From Patescibacteria group bacterium (GTDB lineage Bacteria > Patescibacteriota > Microgenomatia > Levybacterales > UBA12049): a stretch of DNA of 64,000 nucleotides. Both the position numbers and the translations under genes were made by a program. The stretch lies in NCBI GenBank assembly GCA_035457005.1, contig DATICB010000001.1, positions 3,246 to 67,245 of the forward strand, written 5' to 3'. The notes below the pieces were generated by a model that was not told where the DNA came from, made no database searches, and worked only from the letters and a program-made list of their open reading frames with translations. Positions 42,902-52,723 of the stretch are shown here, one piece after another. Numbering within the stretch: the stretch's first letter is position 1; each line of letters begins with the position of its first letter.

Positions 42902-44287
42902 ATGAAAATTTATAATACACTGAGCCGTTCAATCGAAGAATTTATTCCACAAAATCCACCGCAGGTGAGTATGTATTCCTGCGGACCAACAGTCTATGAC
43001 TATCAGCATATTGGTCACATGAGACGATATGTTGGTGACGATGTCCTGATTCGTGTTTTGCAATCCAATGGTTATACAGTGCATCATGTGATGAATATTA
43101 CAGATGTTGGACACTTGGTAAGTGACTCTGACACCGGCGAGGACAAAATGGAGAAGGGTTCGAAGAAATTTGGGAAATCAGTGTGGGAAGTGGCAAAAAT
43201 GTTTGAAAATCAATTTAAAGATTCTTGCCGTTTACTTAATATTGTTTTACCTCATGGAGACAATTTGATGCATGCAACAGATTATATTAAAGAGCAAATC
43301 GAATTAGTAGAAACTCTGGAAGAAAAAGGCTACACATACAAATTAGAGGATGGAATTTATTTTGATACCTCTAAATTTCCAGATTATTTTAAGCTGTCCC
43401 GTCAAAACCCGGAGGAATTAAAAAAAGGAGCACGGGTGGAATTTATTGAAGGAAAGAAGAATGCAGCGGATTTTGCATTGTGGAAATTTTCTCCAAAAGG
43501 AGAAAAACGGCAAATGGAATGGGATAGTCCATGGGGAATTGGCTTTCCTGGATGGCACATAGAATGTAGCGCAATGTCTATGAAAGCACTGGGTCGGACA
43601 CTAGATATTCATACAGGTGGCATTGATCACATTGCGATTCATCACACGAATGAAATTGCACAGAGTGAGTGTGCGACAGGTGTTCAGTTTGTACGTTATT
43701 GGGTGCACCATAATTTTTTGGTTGTAAATGGAACAAAAATGAGCAAATCATTGGGGAATTTTTATACGGTTGAAGACGTAAAAGCAAAAGGATACGACCC
43801 ATTAAGTCTTCGCTACTTATATTTGCAAACCCATTATCGACAGGAAATGAATTTTACGTGGGAAGCACTGGAAGGAGCACAAAAAGCATATAAAAAATTA
43901 GTTGAAGAAATTGCTTCTTGGGATGCGCCTGCAGTTGGCTGTGCAGAATACGAAGAAAGATTCATGACGGCAGTCAATGATGACATGAATATGTCAAAAG
44001 CGCTGAGTATTGTGTGGGAATTGGTAAAATCCGACTATCCAACATCGGCAAAAGCAGAAAGCATGAAGCGTTTTGATGAAATTTTAGGTTTACAACTATT
44101 CGAGAAGGCAAAAGAGAAAGAAAAGGCAGTGGAAGTTCCTGAAGAAGTACAAAAATTACTTGCCGAAAGAGAAACATTTCGAAAATCAGAAGACTGGGTA
44201 GCATCGGATGAGTTACGCAAAAAAATAGAAAGTTTGGGTTTTGCTGTTGCAGATAGCAAAGAGGGTTCAAAAGTTGTAAGAAAATAA
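42902..44287 (+). CDS. cysS: cysteinyl-tRNA synthetase
   Basis: CGPTVYDYQHIGHMR (HIGH), KMSKSLGN (KMSKS). Confidence 0.9.
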   Translation: MKIYNTLSRSIEEFIPQNPPQVSMYSCGPTVYDYQHIGHMRRYVGDDVLIRVLQSNGYTVHHVMNITDVGHLVSDSDTGEDKMEKGSKKFGKSVWEVAKMFENQFKDSCRLLNIVLPHGDNLMHATDYIKEQIELVETLEEKGYTYKLEDGIYFDTSKFPDYFKLSRQNPEELKKGARVEFIEGKKNAADFALWKFSPKGEKRQMEWDSPWGIGFPGWHIECSAMSMKALGRTLDIHTGGIDHIAIHHTNEIAQSECATGVQFVRYWVHHNFLVVNGTKMSKSLGNFYTVEDVKAKGYDPLSLRYLYLQTHYRQEMNFTWEALEGAQKAYKKLVEEIASWDAPAVGCAEYEERFMTAVNDDMNMSKALSIVWELVKSDYPTSAKAESMKRFDEILGLQLFEKAKEKEKAVEVPEEVQKLLAERETFRKSEDWVASDELRKKIESLGFAVADSKEGSKVVRK

Positions 44288-44381
44288 TTGTATTTTGTCT
44301 GATTTTCGTCAAGTACTATCCAAATATATTCTCCATACTACTTTTATTCGGTTTGTTTTTCTTTAAAAGAAAGGAGGTACT

Positions 44382-44567
44382 ATGATTGGGGAGACCGATG
44401 AAGAAATTGTGGCAAGAACACCTACAGTAAGTTTTGTCACCAGACTTTTGCAAAGAAGGTTGCAAAAAATGGAAGCGGGAAAAATTGTGGAGAATGGATC
44501 AGGCTCAGATGGTTCTGTAAAAGCAGCAGGAAGTCAAGACAGGCCGGGAAAAAGAAGACAAGCATAA
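44382..44567 (+). CDS. hypothetical small protein
   Basis: Strong SD AAAGGAGGT 7 nt upstream of the ATG. Confidence 0.4.
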   Translation: MIGETDEEIVARTPTVSFVTRLLQRRLQKMEAGKIVENGSGSDGSVKAAGSQDRPGKRRQA

Positions 44568-44621
44568 GCCAGATGGTCTCAGTGATTTCACATTCTTATT
44601 TATTTCTGCAATAATGAGAAG

Positions 44622-44963
44622 GTGGATAATTCACAATTTGTCTGTCCTGTGTGCGGGAGTATAACTGCTCCAGATGATGTCTTTTGCAGTCACTGCGGGA
44701 CAAAATTAAATAGAGTTGTTGCAATTGGTTGGGTGAGACAGATCTGGATTTACTTTGTCAGCTTTTTTCTGCCGCCATTTGGGCTTATTTGGACATGGAA
44801 ATATCTTCGTTCGGACAAACCACCTCTTAAAAGAATTGGGTGGATTTCGCTTCTTCTTACTGTTGTTTCAATTATTCTCACCGCTTGGGTGACTGTTGGA
44901 TTTTTTCAGGGAGTATCGAGTCAAATTAATTCTGTAAGTAATTATTCTAATTTGGGATTATAA
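44622..44963 (+). CDS. zinc-ribbon membrane protein
   Basis: CPVCG..x14..CSHCG followed by two predicted TM helices. Confidence 0.5.
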   Translation: MDNSQFVCPVCGSITAPDDVFCSHCGTKLNRVVAIGWVRQIWIYFVSFFLPPFGLIWTWKYLRSDKPPLKRIGWISLLLTVVSIILTAWVTVGFFQGVSSQINSVSNYSNLGL

Positions 44964-44966
44964 AAG

Positions 44967-45203
44967 TTAATTTCTTCGTCCTCGACACTGTCCTCTTTGA
45001 GCCACTGCAATCACACTAGTTGCAATTTGTTCGGTGGTTGGAGTGCTGCCATCCCTTGGTTGTGCTCGAATAACGCCTTCTGTATAGCAATTTCGTGAAA
45101 GACCTCTAACACAGACAGAACCAACACAGGCACCAAATGTTGTTGGTGTTGTTGTGTCATCACTCCAGATTGTTGCTGGACCCTCCTGCGTTGCGTATGC
45201 CAT
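44967..45203 (-). CDS. small Cys4 protein with Arg-rich tail (possible distant member of the 1951-2728 family)
   Basis: 78 aa, GC-richer, ends QCRGRRN. Confidence 0.3.
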   Translation of the reverse strand: MAYATQEGPATIWSDDTTTPTTFGACVGSVCVRGLSRNCYTEGVIRAQPRDGSTPTTEQIATSVIAVAQRGQCRGRRN

Positions 45204-45303
45204 TGAAGCATTATATAAGAGTCCTATATTTATTTCAATACATATTGTATTTGCATTGCAGTTTTGACTTGACCTGGTTTTCTTTTCATGAAATAGTTAT
45301 GGT

Positions 45304-45744
45304 ATGGTCAAGCTGCCGAAATCTCTGACAAGAGTTACTTCATTTTCCAAGCTTGTTGCGCTTTTTGTTATTTTGGGATTTTTGCTCGGCGCATTTTATG
45401 CAGGAATTCTTTTCCAGAAAAATTACGGCTCTTTGTCGTTAGGATTAGCTCCAACACCAACGCCTTTTGCATCCGATGAAAATGCATGCACATCAGACAG
45501 TGATTGTGTGTTGGCAGATTTGTCTTCGCAAGGACTTTGCTGTCCCAATACCAAGTGTGCTGATTTTTCTCAAGAATCAGTGAGAGCAGTGAGTAGCGCG
45601 TGGCTCACCAATCACACCTTTAATCAGTGCAAGGGAAGAATGTGTCCGATGATTATGGTAATATGTACAAGAAATATTACCGAAGAAAATAAACACTACA
45701 ATGCGAAATGTATTTCTCATGTTTGTACTAAAGTGCGAAGTTAG
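45304..45744 (+). CDS. signal-anchored Cys-rich secreted protein
   Basis: N-terminal TM segment and about 12 Cys in the ectodomain. Confidence 0.45.
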   Translation: MVKLPKSLTRVTSFSKLVALFVILGFLLGAFYAGILFQKNYGSLSLGLAPTPTPFASDENACTSDSDCVLADLSSQGLCCPNTKCADFSQESVRAVSSAWLTNHTFNQCKGRMCPMIMVICTRNITEENKHYNAKCISHVCTKVRS

Positions 45745-45791
45745 AAAAGCCTTGTAATTCTTTTTGACATAGCATCACCAGATGCCTATAA

Positions 45792-46610
45792 TTGCTCCTT
45801 GTGGAACATATTACCGTTGCTTGTACTTCTGATTGGCATGTGGGGAGCCCCAATATAAAAGGGGATTTTCCCTCAGAGGAAGAATTAAGGGAGTCTTTGA
45901 GGAGAGCCCTTGAGGAAAATGTGGATGCCTATATCCTTGCTGGCGATATAGTACATAGGGGTTCGAGCAAAGCCGCAAATTATGCGGTGGAGATTATTAA
46001 GCCATTTATAGAACAGGGACTTACCGTGATTGCCATCAATGGAAATCATGACCTTGATCGTGGTACTGATACGTCTGTAGTAAGTACTATTTTTAGTGCA
46101 AATGGGATTACCATGCTGGAGGGAGAATCCTATCTACTGCAAAGCAAAGACGAAAAGCGATCACTGACGATTATTGGTGTCAGTGCGGAAACAGGACAGA
46201 AGAATAATCAGTGGTGGCAACACCCTGAGGGAAAAGAAAAAGGGTGGGAGGCTGCGCTTGCAGCAGCAACCCCGCATGTTGCAGATTTACAAAGAGAACT
46301 GGAGCAGTCGCAAACAGAACAGGTGCTGTTAGTAACGCATAGGGGGATTATTGCAGAGACAGTTGGCACTGCAGCACGAAGAGGTGAAAAATTTTCTCCC
46401 CAGGTGGCTCAATTTGCGCCAATCATTAATGAATTTGCAAGGCGCGGTAAGGAAATTACCGTGGTGCATGGGCACGATCACACAACAGGGAGTGAATGGG
46501 AAGGATTCCCAGAGGGGACAACAGAAGCAGGGGTTTTGGTGTACAATGTAGCAGCCCCTGTCAGAAGGCGCTTGGGGCGTTCTCTTGAAAAGCGGCTAGT
46601 TTTCCCATGA
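45792..46610 (+). CDS. metallophosphoesterase (calcineurin-like)
   Basis: DWHVG, ILAGDIVHRG, GNHD. Confidence 0.7.
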   Translation: MLLVEHITVACTSDWHVGSPNIKGDFPSEEELRESLRRALEENVDAYILAGDIVHRGSSKAANYAVEIIKPFIEQGLTVIAINGNHDLDRGTDTSVVSTIFSANGITMLEGESYLLQSKDEKRSLTIIGVSAETGQKNNQWWQHPEGKEKGWEAALAAATPHVADLQRELEQSQTEQVLLVTHRGIIAETVGTAARRGEKFSPQVAQFAPIINEFARRGKEITVVHGHDHTTGSEWEGFPEGTTEAGVLVYNVAAPVRRRLGRSLEKRLVFP

Positions 46611-46624
46611 GCGAGGAGATAAAT

Positions 46625-46912
46625 CTATTGTAGCCCCACGCAATCAATTTTTGGAAAAGCACCTCTTATATACCCCCAAAATGTATCGGACGTTTTGCTA
46701 GAAAATTTGCCATATTTTCCGCCCTCTGACTGACTGCAGAGCATATTTTCGTACCGCCTAATTATTTTTAATACGTCTTCGCCCAATTCATTTAAGTGAG
46801 TCTGAAATTTTTTTGCATCCAAAGCATATTGATCGTGAACAATTTTAAATGCGTCAAACAAATCTTTATGATTTTCCATCATGTCGTGAAAGTATTGCTG
46901 TGATTTTGTCAT
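46625..46912 (-). CDS. hypothetical protein
   Basis: ORF only. Confidence 0.35.
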   Translation of the reverse strand: MTKSQQYFHDMMENHKDLFDAFKIVHDQYALDAKKFQTHLNELGEDVLKIIRRYENMLCSQSEGGKYGKFSSKTSDTFWGYIRGAFPKIDCVGLQ

Positions 46913-46977
46913 AGTGTATGTTTGTTATGAAAATAAAGTATAGCAACGAAAGAGTGAGTCGATCAAGGGGGTGAAAA

Positions 46978-47355
46978 TTAACTAAATTGTGCAGCAAATT
47001 GGTCTGCTTCGTTTTCTTGTCGTTGAATTGCTTGTTTGGTCTGTTTGACAAAAATATTATTTTTATGTTTTAAAATAACATGGCCAATTTCGTGTGCAAT
47101 AGACCAATGAATTTGTTCTTCATCCTGATTGAGGAGATCGTCACTTAAAAAAATAAGATGTTGGTCAAGCAAGTCGTTACCTGTAAAAACAAATCCCCAT
47201 GCATCTTCCATAGAGCCGACAAACCAAACATATTTTGTAATATATTTTTGCATCTCATCGGGGAGGCGGGAAGTGACTATGCAGACTTCTTCTTTTAGTC
47301 TTTTGGTGCCAACCAATCTTCCACCAAACGCTTTGCGGATTTCCAGTGGTGTCAT
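46978..47355 (-). CDS. ImmA/IrrE-family Zn metallopeptidase-like protein (DUF955-like)
   Basis: HEIGHVILKH HExxH motif in the ImmA-like context WSIAHEIGHVIL. Confidence 0.5.
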   Translation of the reverse strand: MTPLEIRKAFGGRLVGTKRLKEEVCIVTSRLPDEMQKYITKYVWFVGSMEDAWGFVFTGNDLLDQHLIFLSDDLLNQDEEQIHWSIAHEIGHVILKHKNNIFVKQTKQAIQRQENEADQFAAQFS

Positions 47356-47389
47356 GGATAAATTATATCATGGAAATTTTTGATACCTC

Positions 47390-47998
47390 TTGACAGAAGT
47401 AAAAAAGTGTGTGCATGATAGACATGGTATGCTTCATAAAATCATTAAAAAGGTTGGTCCGGAGCTTCATATTTTTTTGAATGCAACAGTTCTTCTTTTT
47501 TGCATAGTCTTGGTGTTAGCAGTTGTTGTTCTTATTTTTAAACATGAAAAATTAAAAGCAGCAATGTATTATTTTGCCAACCAAGCAGCAATTGCGTCTA
47601 AGCAGCGATATATTGGCGCAGATGCAACAGAAGATGCGCAAATGTTGGCAACAACTTTGGCAAATGTTCCAGCAGGGAAAGTCTTGTTTGATGACAAAGA
47701 AAATTTACAACGTGTTGTTTCTCTTTTATCCAGACAAACAGGACGCGACATTGTCGTAATGGATACACATCAGACCATTTTGGCAGATAGCATCGCCGCT
47801 AATGTAGGAAAGACATATGCTTTTGGCAATGGCGTTGATGCAGCAACCATAAAAGATGGACAACCAAGAAGATTTATGGAAGAGAGTGCAGACTATCCAG
47901 GTGGTGTGGATGAAGTTGTTGTCGCAGTAAAAGATAGCGCGGGAAAAATTGTTGGAGCAGTAATCATGTCTACATCTCATATCTTCAACGATAACTAA
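47390..47998 (+). CDS. signal-anchored hypothetical protein
   Basis: Single N-terminal TM helix followed by a soluble domain. Confidence 0.45.
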   Translation: MTEVKKCVHDRHGMLHKIIKKVGPELHIFLNATVLLFCIVLVLAVVVLIFKHEKLKAAMYYFANQAAIASKQRYIGADATEDAQMLATTLANVPAGKVLFDDKENLQRVVSLLSRQTGRDIVVMDTHQTILADSIAANVGKTYAFGNGVDAATIKDGQPRRFMEESADYPGGVDEVVVAVKDSAGKIVGAVIMSTSHIFNDN

Positions 47999-48001
47999 GC
48001 A

Positions 48002-48625
48002 ATGAACAATAAATGGTTGTGGGCTATTGTTGGTATTTTAATCCTTTTTCTTGTTGGTGCATTTGCATATTATAAATTAGCCCTCAAATCTTCAGCGCCA
48101 ACCACAGTAGGAGAAAAACCCACTAGCGTTGTTGCTTCTATTCAGGATGCTCTTGCTAAAAATATGTCTTTGCAATGTCAATTTAGCTCAGATGATGGAA
48201 TTGCAACAGTGGCATACATAAAATCAGGCTCTATTAGAGCAAACACGAGTGTTGGTACAGCAAACGAAACAAACATGATTATGAAAGATAAAAAAATCTA
48301 TTTCTGGAAAACAAATGAAAAAACAGGAACACTTATGGCACTACCGAGTATTACCCTAACGCCTGTTCCACAAACAACAAAAGCAACAAGTTCATCTGAG
48401 CAGTCAAGTGATAGTTCGAATGTGCTTTCGATGTTAGAAAAATTTAAAGATGCGTGTAAAGTTGCTAGCATTGCAGATTCACTTTTTGTCCCACCAGCAA
48501 GTGTTACATTCCGTGACATGTCTGACATGATGAAACAAACAATGCCATCTGGAGCACCGACGGGAATGAGCCAACAAGATATTCAAAAAATGATGCAGCA
48601 ATATGCTACCCCCACAGGATACTAA
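48002..48625 (+). CDS. signal-anchored hypothetical protein
   Basis: Single N-terminal TM helix followed by a soluble domain. Confidence 0.45.
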   Translation: MNNKWLWAIVGILILFLVGAFAYYKLALKSSAPTTVGEKPTSVVASIQDALAKNMSLQCQFSSDDGIATVAYIKSGSIRANTSVGTANETNMIMKDKKIYFWKTNEKTGTLMALPSITLTPVPQTTKATSSSEQSSDSSNVLSMLEKFKDACKVASIADSLFVPPASVTFRDMSDMMKQTMPSGAPTGMSQQDIQKMMQQYATPTGY

Positions 48626-48679
48626 TCCACAGATTGTTGGTGTGTTCTCAAGTTTTACTGAGTAGGTTATAATGGATAT

Positions 48680-49255
48680 ATGCAGGTAGAAAAAATAAAA
48701 CGCGGTATTAAAAAATTTGCAAGAGTACGACTGCAAAAAATTCACCTAGATTGGATTGTTGGTATTTTATCTATCCCTGTATTAATAACTGCAATTGTTA
48801 TTAATTGGAGCAATCTTTCAGCCAAACATACAACAACAGTGCCAGCGACTCCATCGCCTCAGGTGATTATTGTTCCGCAAAATAATACAGGGGTTGTTCC
48901 AACATCTTCAACATGCATCAAAAGTGTTGGTCCAATTACAATTTCCTCGCCAACAGAAGGAGAGATTGTGAGCGATAATCCAGTTTGTATAACCATTGAT
49001 TACTCTGATCCTACATATTGTTCGGTAGTGTGGTCGTATCGCATTAATGGTGGTTCGTGGTCTGATTTTAATAATACCAGCCCCTGCTTATATAACTTGC
49101 CAAGTGGACAGGTAAGCGTTAATCTTCGGGTCAACAGCACTGTTTCATCCGATCAAAAATCTCTGACTCGAACCTTTACCTATACCGGATCAAATACTAT
49201 AACTACCACAGTGACACCAACACCAACAAATTCGGCTACATCTTCTGCGCACTAA
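48680..49255 (+). CDS. signal-anchored hypothetical protein (Thr/Ser-rich C-terminus)
   Basis: Single N-terminal TM helix. Confidence 0.45.
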   Translation: MQVEKIKRGIKKFARVRLQKIHLDWIVGILSIPVLITAIVINWSNLSAKHTTTVPATPSPQVIIVPQNNTGVVPTSSTCIKSVGPITISSPTEGEIVSDNPVCITIDYSDPTYCSVVWSYRINGGSWSDFNNTSPCLYNLPSGQVSVNLRVNSTVSSDQKSLTRTFTYTGSNTITTTVTPTPTNSATSSAH

Positions 49256-49326
49256 CATTGTTCTTTTAGCCTCGGAAAAATGTATTAACTTGAGATTCAA
49301 GATTGCCAGTGCTATACTATCAGCCT

Positions 49327-49698
49327 ATGGATGAAGAAGGCGGAGACAAAAGTAAATTAATTATCGGCATTGTTGTCGCAGTGATTATTCTTATTATTGG
49401 TTTTTTTGTTGTCAGAGGATTTTTAAGTAAAAAACCAACATCGCAAAAAACAGAGTCACTTCCATTTGTAGGAAAGACATCACCAACACCATCTGTTTTA
49501 CCAACACCTCTTCCAACAAAGGAGCAAACAACAAGTTCGTCAGGGTCTACAATATACAACACAACCAATGGTTCAACTTATTATTACTATCAATCACAAT
49601 CCAGCTCACAGTCAGATCAATCACAAAATCAAAATAGTGACTCGCAGTCTCAGTCACAAACGCTTCCTAACGGCATGACACAAAATCAAAATCAATAA
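49327..49698 (+). CDS. signal-anchored Ser/Gln-rich protein
   Basis: TM helix followed by low-complexity SQ repeats. Confidence 0.4.
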   Translation: MDEEGGDKSKLIIGIVVAVIILIIGFFVVRGFLSKKPTSQKTESLPFVGKTSPTPSVLPTPLPTKEQTTSSSGSTIYNTTNGSTYYYYQSQSSSQSDQSQNQNSDSQSQSQTLPNGMTQNQNQ

Positions 49699-49765
49699 AA
49701 TACCTCTTGGTATATAGTTTTCTTATTTTTCATCTTGACGTCATTTTTTTACCTTATTATGATAA

Positions 49766-50215
49766 TTGCATATGAAAAAAATTATCATTGGAGTTGTTGC
49801 GCTTGGTCTTATTGGCGCAGCAGCTTTTTTTCTTCGAAGACACTCAGACGATGAGACAATTCTTGGAGTACCAACACCAACGTTGGGTTTAACGCATGCC
49901 ACTCCAACGCCATCTTCCGCATCAGCTACATATAAAGATGGTGCGTATACAGGAGAAACAGTAGAAACAGATAGGGGATACGGACCAGTCCAAATTAAAG
50001 CAGTTATTAGTGGCGGAAAAATAACGGACATTATTTTCTTGCAGATGCCAAATTTACCTGGTCATACGACAGAAGTAACAGCATTTTCACAGCCCCTTCT
50101 TAAAGAAGAAGCAATTACTGCACAGAATGCTTCTATAGATACAGTGAGTGGCGCAACGCAAACAACAGAAGCATTTGAAAAATCATTAGCATCTGCGTTG
50201 GCGCTCGCAAAATAA
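49766..50215 (+). CDS. FMN-binding domain protein (NqrC/RnfG-like FMN_bind), signal-anchored
   Basis: YKDGAYTGETVETDRGYGPVQIKAVISGGKITDI...IDTVSGATQTTEAF; the T in SGAT is the usual flavinylation site. Confidence 0.65.
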   Translation: MHMKKIIIGVVALGLIGAAAFFLRRHSDDETILGVPTPTLGLTHATPTPSSASATYKDGAYTGETVETDRGYGPVQIKAVISGGKITDIIFLQMPNLPGHTTEVTAFSQPLLKEEAITAQNASIDTVSGATQTTEAFEKSLASALALAK

Positions 50216-50221
50216 CTCCCT

Positions 50222-50971
50222 ATGCGTCAAACAAAACTTCTTATGGGAATGCCCATAACAATTGAAATTGTCGACGACACTGTTTCAGAAAAAGATATTA
50301 AATCAATTTTTACTTTTTTTCAAGAAATAGATAATCGCTTTAGTACCTATAAAAAAAACAGTGAAATTTCAAAATTTAATAGGGGAGAGATTTCAGAAAA
50401 AAAATTGTCAAAAGACATGAAAAAAATATTTGCACTTTCTGAAAAAACAAAAAAAGAAACAAATGGATTTTTTAATATACAAAAGTCAGACAGGACAGTT
50501 GATCCATCGGGTTTGGTAAAGGGATGGGCAATTTGGAAAGCATCAGTGTTAGTTGGAAAAAAAGGTTTTCAAAATTTTTATATTAATGCAGGAGGGGATG
50601 TGCAAGTTGTTGGGTTAAATAAAGAAAAAAACCCATGGAAAATTGGTATAAAAAATCCATTCAATGAAAATGAAGTTATCAAAGTTGTTGGTCTAATCAA
50701 CAAAGGTATTGCTACGAGCGGAACCTATATTCGCGGCCAACACGTGTATGACCCTCATAATCCAAATTCAATACTTCAAGAAATCGTTAGCATGACTGTT
50801 ATCGGAAAGAATGTCTACGAAGCAGACCGTTTTGCAACTGCTGCACTTGCGATGCAAAGAAATGGAATTTATTTTCTTGAGAGACAGAAAGGTCTTGAAG
50901 GATATATGATAGATAAGAAAGGAATTGCGACATACACATTGGGATTTGAAAAATATGTTTCGTCTTCTTGA
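50222..50971 (+). CDS. ApbE-family FAD:protein FMN transferase (short form)
   Basis: GGDVQVVG, IATSGTYIRGQHVYDPHNP match ApbE signature blocks. Confidence 0.6.
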   Translation: MRQTKLLMGMPITIEIVDDTVSEKDIKSIFTFFQEIDNRFSTYKKNSEISKFNRGEISEKKLSKDMKKIFALSEKTKKETNGFFNIQKSDRTVDPSGLVKGWAIWKASVLVGKKGFQNFYINAGGDVQVVGLNKEKNPWKIGIKNPFNENEVIKVVGLINKGIATSGTYIRGQHVYDPHNPNSILQEIVSMTVIGKNVYEADRFATAALAMQRNGIYFLERQKGLEGYMIDKKGIATYTLGFEKYVSSS

Positions 50972-52472
50972 CAGCTTTTTGGACAGTATTACCATGTACC
51001 GACTAACACTGTATGTGTTAATTGGATTAGTAAGTGGGGCAGTGGTCTTTTCTTTTTTTGGCATTCTTTCTTATTCACCAACAGGAATTTTGATCACTTG
51101 TTTGGTTCTTATTGGTAGCATGTGGATTGCGAATAAGCTTTTTGCATTTTTTTTGAAAGTGCCAACAAATGTTGAGTCTGTTTATATTTCTGCACTTATT
51201 CTTTCGCTTATTCTTTCGCCGGCTAAATCAACCCAAGAAATGCTTTTAATTATCGTAATAGGTTTTCTTGCTGTCTTATCAAAATTTCTTCTTTCAATAA
51301 GAAAAAAACATATTTTTAACCCAGCTGCAATTGCTCTAGTTATCAGTGGATTTTTTTTGCATTACTATGCAAGTTGGTGGATTGGCACTGCAATCATGCT
51401 GCCTTTGGTAATAATTGGTGGATTTTTGATTGTAAAAAAATTGCAAAAAACAATACTTGTTGTATATTTCCTTTTAGGTGTTTGTGCTGTAACAGCAATG
51501 TTCGCTCAGATTAGTGGTATCTCAATTGCTAGTAGTTTGTACTCGCTTTTTTTTGATAGTGCAATTGTTTTTTTTGCAACAATTATGCTCACAGAGCCGC
51601 TGACTGCACCACCAACAAAAAAATTACAAATAATGTATGGCGCACTCGTTGTCTTTCTTATTGATCCACATGCTCATGTGGGCAGTATCTATTCAACACC
51701 AGAATTGACTTTGGCTGTTGCTAATATTTTTTCCTATATTGTGAGTCCAAAGCAAAAACTTATTCTCAAACTGAAAGAAAAAATACACATTGGCATGGAC
51801 CAAATTGATTTTGTTTTTACCTCTCCAGAAAAAATAATATTTACGCCAGGACAATATATGGAATGGACATTGCAACATCCTCATACAGATAGCCGCGGGA
51901 ATAGGCGGTATTTTTCACTTGCGTCGTCTCCAACTGAAGACACGATTCGATTAGGTGTTAAGTTTTATTCACGTGGCAGTAGTTATAAAAAAGCACTTCA
52001 CGCATTTTCTGATCACGAGATAATTGTCGCTGGGTCACTTGCAGGGGATTTTACATTACCAAAAGATACAAAGAAAAAATTAGTTTTTATTGCTGGGGGG
52101 ATTGGCATAACACCTTTTCGGAGTATGACAAAATACCTTATTGATAGAGGAGAAAAGCGGGATATTGTTTTACTTTATTCCAATAAAATAGAATCGGAAA
52201 TTATGTACGAAGACATTTTTGCAATGGGACGTTCGATTGGGGTTACAGCTGTGTATACCTTGACCGATATAGACAATTTACCACCGCATTGGAAAGGAGA
52301 GACAGGTAGAATAAGTACAGACATGATTAAAAATAAAATTCCGGATTTTAAAAATAGGGAATTTTATCTTTCCGGACCGCACGATATGGTGACACGATTT
52401 GAGGAAACTTTACAGCAAATGGGGATTCATCAGTCACAAATTAAAAAAGATTTCTTCCCTGGATTTGTCTAA
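50955..52472 (+). CDS. membrane oxidoreductase: polytopic N-terminal domain plus C-terminal ferredoxin-NADP-reductase-like FAD/NAD(P)-binding domain
   Basis: About 6 TM helices. RRYFSLASSP is the FAD RxYS motif; GGIGITPFRSM is the NAD(P)-binding motif. Start uncertain (in-frame ATGs at 50925, 50955, 50994). Confidence 0.6.
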   Translation: MFRLLDSFLDSITMYRLTLYVLIGLVSGAVVFSFFGILSYSPTGILITCLVLIGSMWIANKLFAFFLKVPTNVESVYISALILSLILSPAKSTQEMLLIIVIGFLAVLSKFLLSIRKKHIFNPAAIALVISGFFLHYYASWWIGTAIMLPLVIIGGFLIVKKLQKTILVVYFLLGVCAVTAMFAQISGISIASSLYSLFFDSAIVFFATIMLTEPLTAPPTKKLQIMYGALVVFLIDPHAHVGSIYSTPELTLAVANIFSYIVSPKQKLILKLKEKIHIGMDQIDFVFTSPEKIIFTPGQYMEWTLQHPHTDSRGNRRYFSLASSPTEDTIRLGVKFYSRGSSYKKALHAFSDHEIIVAGSLAGDFTLPKDTKKKLVFIAGGIGITPFRSMTKYLIDRGEKRDIVLLYSNKIESEIMYEDIFAMGRSIGVTAVYTLTDIDNLPPHWKGETGRISTDMIKNKIPDFKNREFYLSGPHDMVTRFEETLQQMGIHQSQIKKDFFPGFV

Positions 52473-52528
52473 GGCATTTGATTTTCTCTGTCAAAACGCT
52501 ATGCTACAAAGGGGAGGTGAATTTTTAA

Positions 52529-52723
52529 TTGAGAGAATACACATTTATTTGCCCACTAGAAGGATGCGGTACGGTTTTGTCTATCCATGCAGATAATGCA
52601 GATCAGGGGCAAACACTGCTGACTGTAGAGGCAGAAAAGCATTTACGAGAAGTGCATCCAGATATTCACAAAACGCACGAAGAAGTTGCTTTGGATATTA
52701 AGTCACACATGCAGGAGAAATAA
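52529..52723 (+). CDS. DUF1059-like small metal-binding protein
   Basis: TTG start. MREYTFICPLEGCG..EAEKHLREVHP resembles DUF1059. Preceded by GGGGAGGTGAA. Confidence 0.45.
   Translation: MREYTFICPLEGCGTVLSIHADNADQGQTLLTVEAEKHLREVHPDIHKTHEEVALDIKSHMQEK

Noticed and set aside
50925-50954. Upstream in-frame ATG extending the membrane oxidoreductase by 10 codons into ApbE
   Set aside because: It would create a 47-nt overlap; a downstream ATG was preferred, but the true start is uncertain.
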